From the NCBI GenBank assembly GCA_965655095.1, contig OZ296656.1:83638001-83702000 (forward strand): a DNA stretch of 64,000 nt. Reading direction: 5' to 3'. Both the position numbers and the translations under genes were made by a program. Shown one piece after another: positions 38,413 through 53,260 of this stretch. How positions within the stretch are numbered: the first letter of the stretch is position 1; each line of letters starts with the position of its first letter. Source of the stretch: Haplodiscus bocki (Eukaryota). A model generated the notes under the pieces. That model was not told the DNA's origin, did no database searches, and saw nothing but the letters and a program-made list of their open reading frames with translations.

Positions 38413-41400
38413 TGTAAGTTAAATTTTCATGTCAAGTAACTGATTCGGAGTATATACGTAACATCCTAGTGTACTGATCCAGGTTGGAACGGAACCGTCA
38501 CGGAGCGAGAAGATATTCTCCAAGTAGATCACTTAGATTTCAAATGGTTCTTTAATTATATTAAGGTATTTTCATTCATTGTAAATCCGCCTTATCAAGA
38601 GCTAAAGTGCAGTAATTTAGTATAATTGGCAATGTCAATGAACTTGATTAGTTACAACTACAGTGTACAATAGGTTACATCAAAAAAGAATAATTGTTCC
38701 GTAAGTAATCCGTCGCTACCAGTCTGGTAACATCACAATAGATTTCATTCCAATTACTGTGCTATGATGTTGTGCTGACTCGACCAATTTCGGAGTAGTT
38801 CCGCATTCCCTCATTTCACTCACTCAGCAGCACTGCTACAAGCTGAAACGTTCCGGTATTCGCTAGTAGAATTGAGGAACAGAATAGGAACTCAACTAGT
38901 TCAAGCGTAGTTTTCAAGCTAAATGAATTGCAGTAAGCAGACATATAGTTTTTACAAATTTAAACAGGAAGCAATGAACTTCAAAAAATTTTTTTTTTAA
39001 TCTAAAGAACTTTTTCAAGTTCGTCCAAATATTTAAAGCCCCTTAATCTGCTATTTGAACTAAAATTTACTGAGTCAGCGTGGTAGAGAGTACTTTGATG
39101 TCCATTTCAAACGGATTGGGAGCGTACATTTACCGGAAACAGAAGGAAAAGACGCAACCTGTGAGGGATAAAATGGACGGAAAGGTGTTTATTGGTGGCC
39201 AGAGTCGGCAGCTTTTCTTTATACCGATTTTATTCAAGGTACTTTTCCCTTTTTGAACCTTGACATAGTGTGTAAACAATGGTTTCTTACCAAGGAAAAG
39301 GTATGAATGGAATAAATGAGAGTACTAAAAATGAACCAAAAACTATCTTTTTTCTAGATCAGTTAATTGTCAATATTCATACTGAATTTTTACTCGGTAG
39401 AGTCATAATTTGTTGTACTCTCGAGTCTGTTACAAAATACAAAAAAATTAGACTTCACTACTGTTGAGCAACTTCCCTTCATAAGATGGAAACATTGAGA
39501 GAGAAAGGAGCGTTGGCAGCCGTTGCATGAGAAACACACGAGGATCATCCTAAGAACGACCTCACACCAATCACATCCGTTCCTAAGGTCAACGAGGATT
39601 ATAAAACATAGGTTTTCCAGGAGATTGGTGGCTGGTAACTAAAAAAACTGTCGCAGGAATTCAGCATGACAGAAACGTGCATTGTGGAAGCTCTGTCCAA
39701 AAAACATGATTTTGTCTCAAACCCACAGGTACGGACAAATTCCGAAGCCGTTCCAAGAAGATCCCGAGACACAGACGTAGAGAGCCAGGAACCAAATGAG
39801 GATCGTTCCAAGAATGATCCTCATCTTGAAGTGGCATCCTCAGTCTACCAGTTCCATCACTCACTTGACATAGACCCAGATGAGGATCCTCACAGGTTGA
39901 CAAGAGTTCATAAAGAAATCACCCTTTGCTCCCCTGAGACTTCCTCGAGGAAAAAAATGCGCTCCACAAGTCAGCCAAAAGTCCGAATTGAGAACACCCT
40001 TGCGAGATTTGAAGCAGACTAGATTTTGTTGGCTTTTCAACAGTTGGCGAGCACTAGCAACTCTGCCACTTTCAACAACATTATAAATGCATTTCAAAAC
40101 TGCCTAAATCCATAACCACAAGAATGACCAGCCTTGAGGGGAAATCAGAAACACTTGAACTAAAAAAAATATCTGTTCCAAGCCATTCTAAAAAGACCGC
40201 AGTCAGTTCACACAAGGAGACAAAAAAGTTTAATTTCACTCCCATGCGTGGTGATGCACTGCAGATGTTCAAAAACAATAGCAGCCTGCAACGGAGAAGT
40301 CTGGGAGAAATTTTGACGGTTTTCCGTAAGAAATACGTGAGAATTCAGTGCAGCACTGCGACGAAACACAATTTTTAACGGATAGTCTTCTATCCAGCGA
40401 ACCAGAATATCTTTTTTTTGGGATGAACTGCAGAAACTAGCAAACTTTGCATTCAGAGTTGCTACCCAAGCAATCATTGAGTCATTCATATATGCCAAGA
40501 TGCCTCCACACCTAAAGAAATCCATGAACACGGCTCACTTGGAGAAAAACATTTATGAACAGATTGTGTGTCATCTGGGAAGGGACTTAAGGTTGAACAG
40601 TTTGGAAGCCCCAGATGAACTTTAAGAGATCACTGTGGCCCAACACACTACTATAACTAAAGCTTAAAAAACCCAAAGCGACATGTCATCTCCGAACAAT
40701 GCCGAGTCACTACCGAAACCAATGCTGTCAGTTGAGGAGAAGCAAAGAACAAAGAGAACGCCGCAAAAAATGCTTTCAATAACAACTGTAGTCAATCAAA
40801 CTCCAACCCTAGCAATAATAATACTGGCAATAATAGCACCAATAATGATACCAACATCGGAATGGACAAAAAATTGAGAATTTTCGACCCACCTTGTGAG
40901 ACCAGTGACAATTGAACCACTCTACAGAGAAATGCAGCAAATAGACCGCCTCCTCGGTAAAGAAGACCAACAGGGCAAGGTCCGAATCAACGACACGACA
41001 CACGAAACAAAGCAAATTGGAGTTTCTGAGCTGCGGCCCAATATTTAAACTAGAAACGACCACGTTTTAGCTGCGGAACTGCACTTGACAGACAGAAGGC
41101 CACCAAAACAGTACTCCCACCAATCTTTGAGGTTGTCTGGCAGTAACCTCTGCAGACATCTGTTGAAAAGGCCAACTCAGTTACTATTCTTAACAACTCT
41201 ACTACTGAAATCAACAAAAACACCCAGAAGCCAGGAATAAAACAGAGAAATGATGTACAGTCACAAACGTTGCCAACAATGGGAACCACACTTCGAAAGT
41301 TTGGATCCGTTACGGAACCATTCTTACGAAATCAAACAAAGAACACACGAGTGGCGTGCGTCAGCAACTCTCAGAAAAGAACGAACAGAAACCCAAGAAT

Positions 41401-44400
41401 TTTTTTTATATTACAGACAATCACAGTGGAGCTGACAACTTTCCCGCTCCCCCAATAGCAGCTTCACGGACTGAAGAAATGCTTGTGACAGTTGAAAACG
41501 TTAATGAACTTTAAATGCGGTTGTCCTACACAAAATTCTTAGGACGAAAGTTGGAAATGCTGTATTTCCTTCTGGATTTCGCAAAAGGCCTAACAAAAGA
41601 TGCCCTAGTTGACTCAAGAGCCTATATTAGAGCAATCTCTCAGAATGAATTGGACAGAATGAAACAACAAGCCTCCGCGAGAATCTTTGAAATGAACGAC
41701 CCTCCCCCAGTTTTTGGATTCACGCAGCAAATGGCCAGTTAGAAGAACCATTGCCAACAATCACACTCATATTTGATACTGGAGAAAATACTTTCGGAGA
41801 ATTTTTTGTCGTAATGAAGAATCTGACTGGTCCAATTATAGGTTTGCACTTTATGAGACTAAACAATGTAGCCATTGACACTTCGCATAGTATCACTCAA
41901 GTTATCCACTCAATTTCTCCATTCAATTTCTCCGATGCAAGTCAAAACACTGCCAGCCAAACAAGTTCCAAACCCGAAGTTGTCCTCACCGACAACTCCC
42001 TAACAATACCAACAACGACAACGAAAACATACACAGCTTTTGTCAGCGATCCATCAGAAATGGAAAAAAGTAGCACTCAAAGTAACTAACACAACCCAAT
42101 CACTGTATTTGATAAAAAAGAATATACAATTTCTCGAGCTCTCTGAAGTGAATCCTGAGGAAAACATTTTCATCAACCCAGTAGACACGGAAACCCCTAG
42201 TTCCTTTCCGGAGGCTGATACGGAACTGACAACTTATGTGAATGAGCTACTTAGAACGAGCAAACCAGAACAGCAAAGCAACAGATTCTGGCTTCCGAAA
42301 CCCAAATATCATATTGAAAAATCATATTTCAATACAGACACTAAACCGCAGAAAATTGCATGAATTGAAAAAAAGAGGATTTAAACTCAAAAAATGACTT
42401 AAGACCCCAAAAAATTACTTAAACGATTTGATTGGATAATCAATGACGCTGCCTCTGGAAGCTTAAAAAAACAAACTGTGCAAGATGAAGATATCAAGAT
42501 ATCCTGGTTGAGTAAAAGCATATATATACCTGACATAGAATGGGCATCGGGATAAATAAGGAGTTTAAGGTTAAACTCACACCGAAGGATGATAAAGCTG
42601 TTTACAGCCAGAACGTACCAATGGCAAACCATCTGAAAGTAGACTTTTTCGTCTAGTTGCCTCTGATGCACAAATACGGTATCATCCCAGAGCTGCTCTT
42701 CTCCAAGAATGCAACTCCTAAACTTGCACAGCGGAAACTTGAGTGAAAATTACGTCTCCTTCTGGATCTGAGGAAAAACAGCATTCTGATTGCAGAAGGT
42801 TATCTTAACAACAACCATCCAGTCAGCACGTTGTCAGATGCAGCGCAGCACTTGGCAGGGAAATCTCTATTCTGCAAGCTCGGTTACTAAAAAGCGTATC
42901 AATTTTTTCAGATGGCGAGCCAACGGTCAAAACAAATGCTTGCACTCAACTTTGCTAGCAGAATGTTTGTTTACAAAGAATGGCAGAAAGTCACCGCAGA
43001 TTTATCCTGCAATTTCATCTTTCATGCGCAAAAATCAGGACCCAGTCGTCAAAGTTTAATCAACCTGTTTAATCAACATGTGGATGACATTCGGATTGTA
43101 GCCAAGAATGCTACGGACCGTACCCGCACAATTCGGGCAGTTTTCAAGTGCAATTTCCCGAGCTTGGTTGAGAAATACAAAAAAGTGCCACATCGGAATC
43201 AGATAAACCAAACTCTTTGTCAGGACGATCTCTCTGAGGAGAACGTCAGCACAAGCTCCTAAAAAACATAACGTTTGGCAAACTCAGATTTCCCACATCG
43301 AGAAAGGAATTGCAGATGTATTTGGGTTTCGTGAATTGTTGCAGAAACTATAGAATCAGGGTACTTGAAAAATTTGGCTCATTCTACGAGCTGCCTGAAG
43401 CCGAAACGCTAATCAATACAACATCGGGACTTAAAGAAAGCTTTGATTCAAAAAAAAGCGCTCAACGATGCCCGCGATTTAGCATTAAAGCAAAACCTGC
43501 CGGGAAAATAGCTTGTCTTGATGACTGATTGAAGCTTCGGAAGCGCTGGATACGCACTCTTTATTGGGGATCACCCAGACCAGAATGTCCAATCAAAGCG
43601 AAAAACTTGCGCCCTCGTGGCGTATGGATCCAAAATGTTCTCCCCTGCAAAACTCAAAATGTTAATTTACTCGAAAGAAAACACGGCAACCAACATTGTA
43701 TTTTTTGAGTTCACACACATCTTGGGGGTAGCAATAAACTCAACTGTTGTTTTGGCGGATAGTAAATCAGTCACACGTTTAGTCCGGATGCAAAGGTATT
43801 CCACCATTGTTGTTGAAGGCATGTGACTATCTCTTGCAACTTAATTTCAAAATACCACACCTTTTTAGCTCAGTCAAGAGAACAACTGACTTTTTTCCCA
43901 GAATAGAACTCAAAGTTGCAGAGAGGATCCGTCATAAAACTCGGGGAGACATACAAACAACGTCCAAAGAGGTGACCACATCTTTTTCCGAAAAACAATT
44001 CTTCTTCACGTAAGCAGACAACGAAAATGAGTAATTAGAACAACCCTGAAAAGGAAAGAGGAACCCCGCAAACTCCAAAAGAAAGTGTAGCAAATGAGGA
44101 ACTATCTTTGTAAAGAACTAGCATTAAAAAAACACAACGACTGATGGAAACACTACGCCGTATTCCATCAATCGGATCAAAGCAAATGCACAAATATGAC
44201 AATAGTAAGATGTCTATCTGGCACTACAAACTTCTAAACTAAAAACGCTGGACCCACTTTATGATGAAGTGCTTTTGATAATAGATAAACAAAACAAACA
44301 CTAGGAGGGAAATAAGGATAGCACATTCCTCGAAGACAGGCTGTTGTTCCGGAAGTATTACGGAAACTTAGTAATCTCAAAATTTATCAAGTTATCATAT

Positions 44401-45120
44401 CAAAAGAACTCCTGAATGAAGTGCTCCGGAAGGTTTAGACATTCTAGTCTCACCGAGACCATATTGGTTTAGCGAAAAAAATACTGCTACTCAACCATGG
44501 TAAAATGAAGCAAAAAGTGGGTCTTGTTGTGCTTGCAGTGCATCAAGGAATCAGGAATCGATAAGAGACTAACTCCCACTCCAAGAAAGCCCTATTAAAC
44601 ACATCACTGGACCAGAAAACGCCATGCAGAAAGTTTTGGTTCCAGAACTACATCCGTCAAGTTGCTATGAAAACATTGTGACTGCCAGGGACTTGTTTTA
44701 CCGGTTTTTTTGCCTACCCCACAGCGTATCAAGACGCTAAAACAGTTGCCACAGTCTAATCAACATTATGATTCATCAGACGTACTTAGCAACAGCAATC
44801 ATTTCTGATAAGCGATCAACTTGTGTTTTTCAGGTGATCAAAGAAGTAGCTGATACTCTAGGAATCACTTTGGAACATGCCACGAGAAAGTATGCACAGA
44901 CACTTAGAATGCTTGAATGAGCAGATGCTTCACTCGAGAAAGCTTTGAAGATTTATACAGGCAAACGAAAACGTCATGGCACACGTATGCCAAAAATGCC
45001 GTCCTCAAATACAACACGTCGTACCACACGAGCTCTGGGTGCGAATCTAATCAATTTTTCGACCGCCGTATCCTGCAAAATGTCCTCGACTTGAGAATGG
45101 GCCTGCGGACGAGTATTTTG
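38413..45120 (+). mobile_element. Decayed Ty3/gypsy element: ~1.48-kb 5' LTR, gag, protease, RT, RNase H, integrase (3'-truncated)
   Basis: TG at 38413; putative LTR end ...cctcaca (39894) followed by a degenerate PBS (ggttgacaag). gag motif SLEGKSE, protease LVDSRA (~41610), RT QHVDDI (~43078), RNase H MTD*SF..AGYAL, integrase IVTARDLF / IISDKRS. Confidence 0.85.
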
Positions 45121-45349
45121 TGAAAACGTCAATCACAGTCAAGACATAGATTTAAGAAGGCAATTTGGAAGAGCTCAGAAAATCAATTTTAAGAACGTCC
45201 TTCATAAAACTTCAAGGAAGAAGTCAAGGATCTTTTTGGTATACGTTTAATTGAGGACAAGTAAGGCAAATTCGAACAGGAGAAATCAGAGACTAACTAT
45301 TCTCTGGAGTGTAGAAAATTTGACAAAAAATCAGGATCAGTTGAGTTTT

Positions 45350-48000
45350 ATAATTGTGCAAAAAATATGAGAATTCCAATCAAGCTCTTTGCTTGCTTTG
45401 CTTTGGCCGGCCATCTGGAATAGCTTTTTCGCGAAATAGCAGTTTTATTTACATTCCAGTTTCCATTCAGAGGAAGTTCTGATCTTTCCAAGAAAAAATT
45501 GTGCCAATAATTTTTTCTTTGTAATATGCGAGCGTACCAACGTCTAATACACTTTAAAAAATGTTTGTGTTTCGAATTGAGTCCATCAAATGTCTCCACT
45601 GCCAATATCGTTCCAATTTTGTGCGCATTGAACCCCGGCTGGGCAAGGATCTACCTGGTGACGTGGAATTGAACGGAAACCTGTTATAGGTTTTAAAAAC
45701 CCTTTTGCCATAGGCTTCTAGGCATCGATGTGGGAAGAAAAATGAGAAATAAACATATCAACTGGCGAATCATCGCTCGTCAAAACACAATGATGTGCTT
45801 GGAAACCGTCTAACTTACAAAAAGTCTTTTCTTCTGCAAAATGTGTTGATGAATCGCTGATAATAAAAATCAGAGAAAGAAACAGGAATCTAGTTGTCGT
45901 GTCTCGGAGGACACTTCAAGCAATGAAGATCAACGAAAATATTGAGACGGTTTTTTGAATTTCGCTGATTAAAATATAGACTAGAGTACAAAGGCTTATT
46001 GATTGCTGTCCAGAATTCAAAAAAGTGCATGAGGATAAGTTCTAACTGTAGCTCGTCAGGTGGTTAAATTATGGTAGGAGGCTCTGTGCAAAAACTGTTT
46101 TTCGACGCTCAGTCGTTTTTTTTTATATTTGAAGGCTTTATCGAAACAAACATCGAAACAATTGCTCAGCAAAAATTTTCGAAAAACCTTTTGACAGTTT
46201 TGAACTTGTTGCTTTTTTTCCTGTATCAGGAGAAAGTTTTTGCACCCATATCGTGACAAGAACGTCCTACGGGCGGCTGCATTTTTTTTCGGATCCAAGG
46301 AATCAAATTCTTCTAATTGCGATGTTGAGAAATAATTTTCACGTTGAAAGAGCAGTCAAACTAGTGGACTCTGACCAAGTTTTAGGAGTCGGGAACCATT
46401 TTTTTGAGTCGTTTGGAGGAGGAAGTGAAGGTTGACAATCGCGAAAACGTCTCGAATAACCAACCAACTGTATAAATTTGCCACAAAGTTCATCGCGATT
46501 TCGAGATTTTGCCAAAGAAATCAGTGTCGAATCCAATGGAGGAAGAATCTCAGCCGGCGCCAGTGTCAGAAGGTAAAAAGAAGCTGGTAAGGTGTTTTCA
46601 AGTATTGAAGCAGGACCTTCGGTTTTTTTTCACCTCACAAATATTTGGAGAGAATCTGTTATCAACAGTTTTAGGCAAAGACCTATTTTCCCGTAAGTTG
46701 AGGATTTAAATTTTTTATCAGGTTTTATGATTCCTGTAGTGTAGTCAAGAAAGGCCAAATTAGCAGTAGGTTGGCATTCTAGAATTCTAAAAGGTCTTTG
46801 CATTTAAGCGGAAGTTTAAGTTTGCCACAGGTTGAAACCTCGAGCGTTTACGAACACTTGATGATCTCATTTCGTTCAGATGCAAGGATATTTAAGTTAG
46901 AAACTTCATTAAAGGTTGCGTTAGGTAAAAGTTCTTCCTCTTAATTGCAAAAAAAACGAATTGTCCAAAAGTGTACTGTTCTTTTTCTGTAGTACCCACA
47001 AGGTATCTCCAAAGTCTTGTCCATTGATACTGAATTTTTGGCAATGTTCTATTGGTGAAGTAATACTCCGATCTTGATTTTGTGCTTGTCATTGAGACAG
47101 ATGTATCGAGCCTTGATTAAGTTTTCTGTCAAAACCGGCGTTACAACTTTCAAACTCACCCGGGAAGATCATCTATTGGACACAATTCGTTGAAATGTCA
47201 TTTTACTAACAAAAGCACATAACTCTCGAAATGTTGCCGTTGGTGGCTGCTCAACAGTTTTCGAACAAATCCAATTTGCTCTATCACGTTTGCAATTGCG
47301 AATCACCAAACGTCCCCTTCCTCGATTGGCAAGACGCTGAAAGTTTTCTACTGCTGCTTTTTCTCGTGCTATGGAATCCCGTTCCTGATCTGTATCTAAG
47401 GTAAGGTCAACTGGAGATACAAGTTACTGGATGGGATCCGGTAATGCTTGCTTTGCAAGCGTTTAGAGTTTTACCAAAAATGAATCAACTTAGGAGTCAT
47501 CTGTCAGTGCTTCAAGTTGTATCGTTTTCATGTCGACTACGGTGGGTTTGCAAATGTGATTCCGAAGATCCCATCAACTGTCATCAAAATCAGTCTGCAC
47601 TGCATCAGCAGGTGTCATAGAAAGGAACATGCCATCTCCCTGTAACTGTAGTTGGAAATAGTCGAAGAGTTGAGTGATTGCAACTTTTACCACCTCCACT
47701 ACCCGCGTAGTTTGTGATTGAAATTGTAGCAAAGTTTCCGCTGGAAGGTCCTTAAAATTCCTGATGGTGATTTGAGAATGAAGAGTTGCCGTTTTTCCTT
47801 TGAGCATTATTTAAATTTGCCTAAAATGAGTCAATATTTTATTCAGAGTCTGGAAAATTCAATAAAAAACTTTTGCCATACTACGATAACAAAAATGATT
47901 AATCAACGCCTCAATGCAGCCCAAACAGCTCTGGTGAGACGCAGTTGACAGAGAGGACTACTGATTCGACTGCTTTGCAGTCTGACGACAAGTCCAGGCA
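45350..48000 (-). mobile_element. Decayed Ty3/gypsy gag-pro-RT, opposite orientation
   Basis: Minus-strand RT region (YSS...RLNIFVDL..RHD..), protease-like LDTS near 47105, and gag-like ORF 47574-47807. Heavily frameshifted. Confidence 0.6.
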
Positions 48001-48399
48001 CCCAATTTGCACCTGACTTCTCAATCAGTGAAGTTGGCAACTGTGCACAGTAGTTGTAAAAGTGACCACGTGGCGCAAAAAAATTAGTGTAGAAACGATT
48101 TTGACTGTAAAGCGTTTCCTTCGTCCATGACTATCAAAATTGTTTACTGAACGGTTACTTAAGCATTCAAAGCAGATATTTTTCTTTCTCGATGTGATTG
48201 CCACAGGTTTGAGTCAGACACACTGTGATGAATTGCGTAAACAAATTTACGCGTGATATGAGTTGCGTAAACAAAATATTGTGTTCAAAATCAATAAGTT
48301 TCTCAATTCCCAACTGTTGATCACCAAAAAAGGTCATGTCAAGTAAAAATATTTCCTTTTCCTTGGCAGAGTTTTCTCATTTGCCAAACATTTACCAAC

Positions 48400-51300
48400 C
48401 GAGAAAGTTTTTCGATCAACAGAGAACCATCAGTCGTGTATCCTAGGGATGATTTTCAGTTCAGTCCGCTGTGTGTGCAAAACCTATTTCACGTCATTCT
48501 CCTTTCATTAACGTTTTTTTAATTTAAATTCTCAAGTTTATCCACCCTGGCCAGCTTGCGTTTCTTTGTTTACGCCAAAACCTATTTTAAACCCTTCTCT
48601 TGCCGAAACATGGTGACTTGCTTTTTTTCTCCTGCTCATTTTGACCGACGAATTCCATTTGTTAAGAAACAACTTGTTTGAATTTTTCCCCTTCCTGGCC
48701 TCCTTAAATCCATCATCGAGACCTTTTGACTTCTTGATCTTTGCGATTGTTCATGAAACACGTTAATTCTACACTCTCAACTCTACCTCTAAATTCCTTT
48801 TGCTGGGCAGGACATTTGCTTTGGTTACACTCAAAAAGGCTCGCGTAACTGGAGAACACTGTTGGTGGGTTCTTAAAGCGAACACAAAAGTGGATACAGT
48901 TTGCTCGGGAACTTACCACAGTGTTTTATTTTTGCTGTCCAATTTTAACCAGAAACAAGTTCAATGCGAGAAAGAGAAACGAAACCAATATGCAGAACTC
49001 GTTACCGAGATTTTTCCCGTCTCTTTTGTTCTTTCTCAATAGCTTTTCGAAGCAAAAACATCTTTTCTGTCAAAGTAATCATCATGTTTTGCGTAGTCAA
49101 AAATTTCAACAAATTTTTCCGCACTGAAAACTTAGATTGTTTTTTTCCGGGAAGCGGTTCAACTTTTTGATCAAGTTTATTCACCTCGGATTACTTGGCT
49201 GCTCGTGTTTTGTACTGTTAAGGTTTCACAAGAAAAAATGATACTTTTTTGTTCTCGTTTTCTTGATTTCACACTGTGCGTTTGCAATCCTCTCAGTTTT
49301 TTCATGACAAACGGACAGCTTCCGATTAAAATTTAATCAGATAATCCAGCATGATACCTTGTAAAGCGACATAAGTTTTTCCGCTTCTCTTTTTTTTTCA
49401 CAGTCCGAATGAAAAAGAAAAACTTCTCTCCTTTGCCGTATGTAGGGGCGTAGGCCTTGGTAGTCGTAATTCATCAACTTTTGGATTTTTTTTCCTGATC
49501 TTAATAATTGGAGTGACTTTTTGCACCCAGTAGTAAAAAATAAATATTGGGCTTTCGAAATATTTTTGTGTGACTTGTCTCTTTCATACAGTGGATTCGA
49601 AATCGAAAACTTGTTTGCTAGATATTACAAAAGAGATATTTTTGGTGCATGGACAGACTACATGTAGGGCATCATTGCTACCTGGTGTTAGATTTTCCGG
49701 TTGTTTTGATTCCATTCACGTTTTTTGGACAATTTCCTCATTGGTTTGGCTCGTGCCTTCAGTCAAGGCATTCCTAAGGATTCCCATCAACGTATAGAAA
49801 AAGATAAAGTGCTCTAACTAGGGCAGACAAAAATTAAAATCCATCAAATTCATGGGGTCTGGTCAGGCACCCAAGTTTCGTAATCCACTCTGGGACTTGT
49901 CCACGTCCAGTCGTTTTTGACTCTCTATTTGGAATCCCAGCCTCGTACAATTTGCTGAGCTGACCTCCGAAAACCGGGCTGTTTTTACAAACCCTCGAAA
50001 GCATATAGGAACCCCATTACGTCCAGAATCACTTGCCGGAACGGATGTCCGGGTTGCCAAGTAGTGCGAAATTCTCCGTGTTCCTGTGGTGTTCCTCAAC
50101 TCCTTTGACACTCAGTACAACTGTGGACACATTTCACATCTTTTTTCACACGGAGCTGAACAAAAAGTTTCTGATATCTTTGAAACTTTTTTTAATGACA
50201 AAAAAACTTCTGCGTGGAAATATATGAAACAGTTTTTTGTAAGGGAGTAACAAGGAGTTGGTGTTTTCTTTGTCCAGTTTTCTATATATTTTTTCATGTA
50301 TAACTTTCAATCAACTAGTTGTAGAATCTTGGAATCCACCCAAGTTCCTCGGAATCTCTTTAATGTTTCGCCTATCAGGTGGCTGTTTTGAAAGAAGATT
50401 TTGTCCTATCTCATTTTCGTGTGACTGATTTTCTCATCTCTGCTCTAAAGCAAACGCCATGGGTTAACGAATAGGTTGTTCTTCTCGTTAATTTTTTGTT
50501 GATTCCAGAAACCTATGATTTTACGCCGCTATCTTACAACTTCATTCTCGACTAGGAGTCGGCGTGATGAATGTCTTTTTTGCTGTTCTTGATTTCAAAA
50601 TCATACTGGTTTACTTCTTCTAACAATCTTGGCATCATACAGCCCCATCTTTTACACTGTATAGCCACACCAACGCTTTTTGTTCAGTGAAGATCACAAA
50701 CTTTTGACCCAGAACGTACGTCTCGGGGGGGGATTTGTGAAAAGCAGCCAGCGAAAAGTCTCGTTTTGTTTTTTTCCTTCTTTCTTCTGAGTTTGCTAAA
50801 TGTAATGCTAGAATAAACAAGAACTTGGCCCACGCTTCCTTTTTCATGTCATAAAGGGCCACTGCTAATCAAATATGCGTTGTTGATTGGCGCGTTTTCG
50901 TCTCAAGTATCTTTTTAACCCAGTAAGTGCACTGGGAACAGTTTTCTTCTCAGTTCAAGCGTTCTCTCGTCGCAACAAGTTGTGCAAAAGAACTTTTTCT
51001 CTTTTTTCATTAGGCGCTGTAGTTGTCTTGTCGTTTTGCTTCTTCAAAAAATAGAATAAACTTCGGATGGAAGCCAGCTGAACTAGACGCGGCTCGTACA
51101 TCCTTCAAATTCATTCCAGATTTCTTTTTCTCTACAGCGTCCACCCTGTCTTGATAAACTCCTATGCATTTATCAGAGACAACCTTTTCACAAAAATGGT
51201 ACTTTGCTTAAAAAAATACACTTTGAAACCTTTCTCCTGAAACCATTCCCTTGAGTTTTGCAAATATTTGCTCTGGACGACGAATGTGCTAGTCAAACGA

Positions 51301-53099
51301 TTTGCTGAAGGCAGTTATGTCATCCAAGTTCACGAGTTTATTTTCTTTCTTTAGCGTTCCGAAAGCTGCCGCTACTGAAGCTAGCCTAATTGTTAATTCT
51401 TTACAAATGACCGTCCCATGGAGGTGATAAAAGCTTTCAGCTTCCGGCAATCTTCTTTCAGGTTGATTCGAAAGTACTCTGATGTCAAGTCAAAGCGTGA
51501 GAAAAACCTTATACGCTCTAACAACTCAAGGACATAAGTACTTCTCGGGACAGGATATTATGTCTTTTCTTTGATGGTTGAAACCATTGGAGGTTCAAAA
51601 CCGAAACTCAGTTGCCATTTTTTCAAAGTATGCACCTTGGGGCTGCCCAATCGCAAAGTGTGTTAGTGTGATAAAACCAGACTAAGTCAGTGGCTCCCCT
51701 TTTGTTCACAGCTGTTCTTGTCTAGAAACTCAGTCCACCGGACGATCTACAAAGCAATTAGGCATTCGGTGTCAATTCAAAAAGATCCTGAGTCGGATTT
51801 TTCGGACCCAAGTCAATCGCACATTTTGAAAAACTGTTTTTGAAGTCTTGACATAATCTTCTCATTTCACCATAGTGTAGAAAAAATGAAATCTTCTCAT
51901 CCTTTTTGACATGTGTTTCACAGTCAAGTTTTTGTTTTTTTAGTTGTTGTCGGTTCCGACAACGCAGATAGAGTTTGAAACTCAAACTCAATTTTCTGTC
52001 ATTTTTGAGAAAAGTGTTCTTGTATATGACAATGTCAACGTTATGAAAACTGCTTAGCTGTAGCCAACTAGATACTTCGGTCTCAATAACTGGGTTTATG
52101 CCACTCATAACTGGCTCGATTCTTAGAACAAGTCTACCAAAATAACCAATCCTTCGTAGCTATAGGTCGTTGGTAGTTCCTTGTTTGGCAATTCATTTGT
52201 AAAATTTGCTCAGTCATAACTGGCCTTGTCCTCTCTCAATTATCATGGAAACATGTCGTAAGACTGGTTTTTGGTTTTGGTTTCAACTGAAACGTTCGCT
52301 TTATTTTACCACAGAAAAATTTCTGTTGCCTTCCGTACAAATTGCATTCACTTTTGACTGGATAACGTAACTCAAGGGTCAAAGAAATTTGTCTTCAATT
52401 GATTTCACAAAAGGATTCTTGAGCTCGGGTGCATGAGTTGCCATTTCCAGTCGAATTATTAGTTTTGTTTTTCCCGCAACGGCCATTGGTGTTTTTTAGC
52501 TGAAAGTGTTCTCCCGTAATGAATTGCAGCTCCGTCACTGAGTCTTAGTGTTTACTAGAAAGTTCAGCTAACCAGTGAAAAATTACTGCCGCTATCTTTG
52601 AGCGCAAATTTTAGTTTGACTCGAAAAAGCAACGTCAAGTATGGTGTTTGTGTTGTCTTCATTTGTATTCCATTCGTCATTCCAACGATTGAAAAGATAC
52701 TGATGGGCAAAAGTGAGGCAGTTGCTACATCAGCCCTTCCTTTGCCAAAAATGGTCGTCTTTCGAAATGCTATGAACTATCACAGAAAATTTTTTACTGC
52801 CCTCTCTCAAACACTGACCACGTTGGGGGAAGTTACGGCAGTTATCATTTTTGAGATCTCGCTTACCCTTAGGGTTCCAGCAAAATTGCGGGAGACAGAC
52901 GTTGCCCTTAGTCCCCGAACTTCTTAGGCTCTGAGCAAAAATTTGCTCCGCTGAAACGGTCAATTCCCTTGATTTTTTTTCACCACGAAGAAACATCTGC
53001 TGCAATGATTACATTTTCTGGAACTGTTTTTCGTTTATTTGCCTCTACGCCAAAAGAGACCGGAGTTGTCACTTCGCAAATCCCGCAAGAGACAAAGAT
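48400..53099 (-). mobile_element. Older decayed Ty3/gypsy element (integrase, RNase H, RT, part of gag); continues at 57761-58800
   Basis: RT LVNLDDITAFSKSFD*H (~51330), RNase H GQKFVIFTEQKALVWL (ORF 50635), integrase LDVMG (~50030). Split by the young element, with TSD AAGAT. Confidence 0.7.
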
Positions 53100-53216
53100 T
53101 GTGAAGACTATTCTCTAGCCAATCGTGAATTCAACTGATAATCATTGCATAATTACGCAATCAATTAACTACAAAGCTCGAGGCATGGTCAGATGTATGT
53201 TATGCAACACCTCACA
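53100..53216 (-). repeat. 3' LTR (117 bp)
   Basis: tgtgaagactattctc...caacacctcaca, a direct repeat of 57644-57760. Confidence 0.95.
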
Positions 53217-53260
53217 TCCTCCCGAGGCATGGTAAGATGTATGTTATGCAACACGTCACA

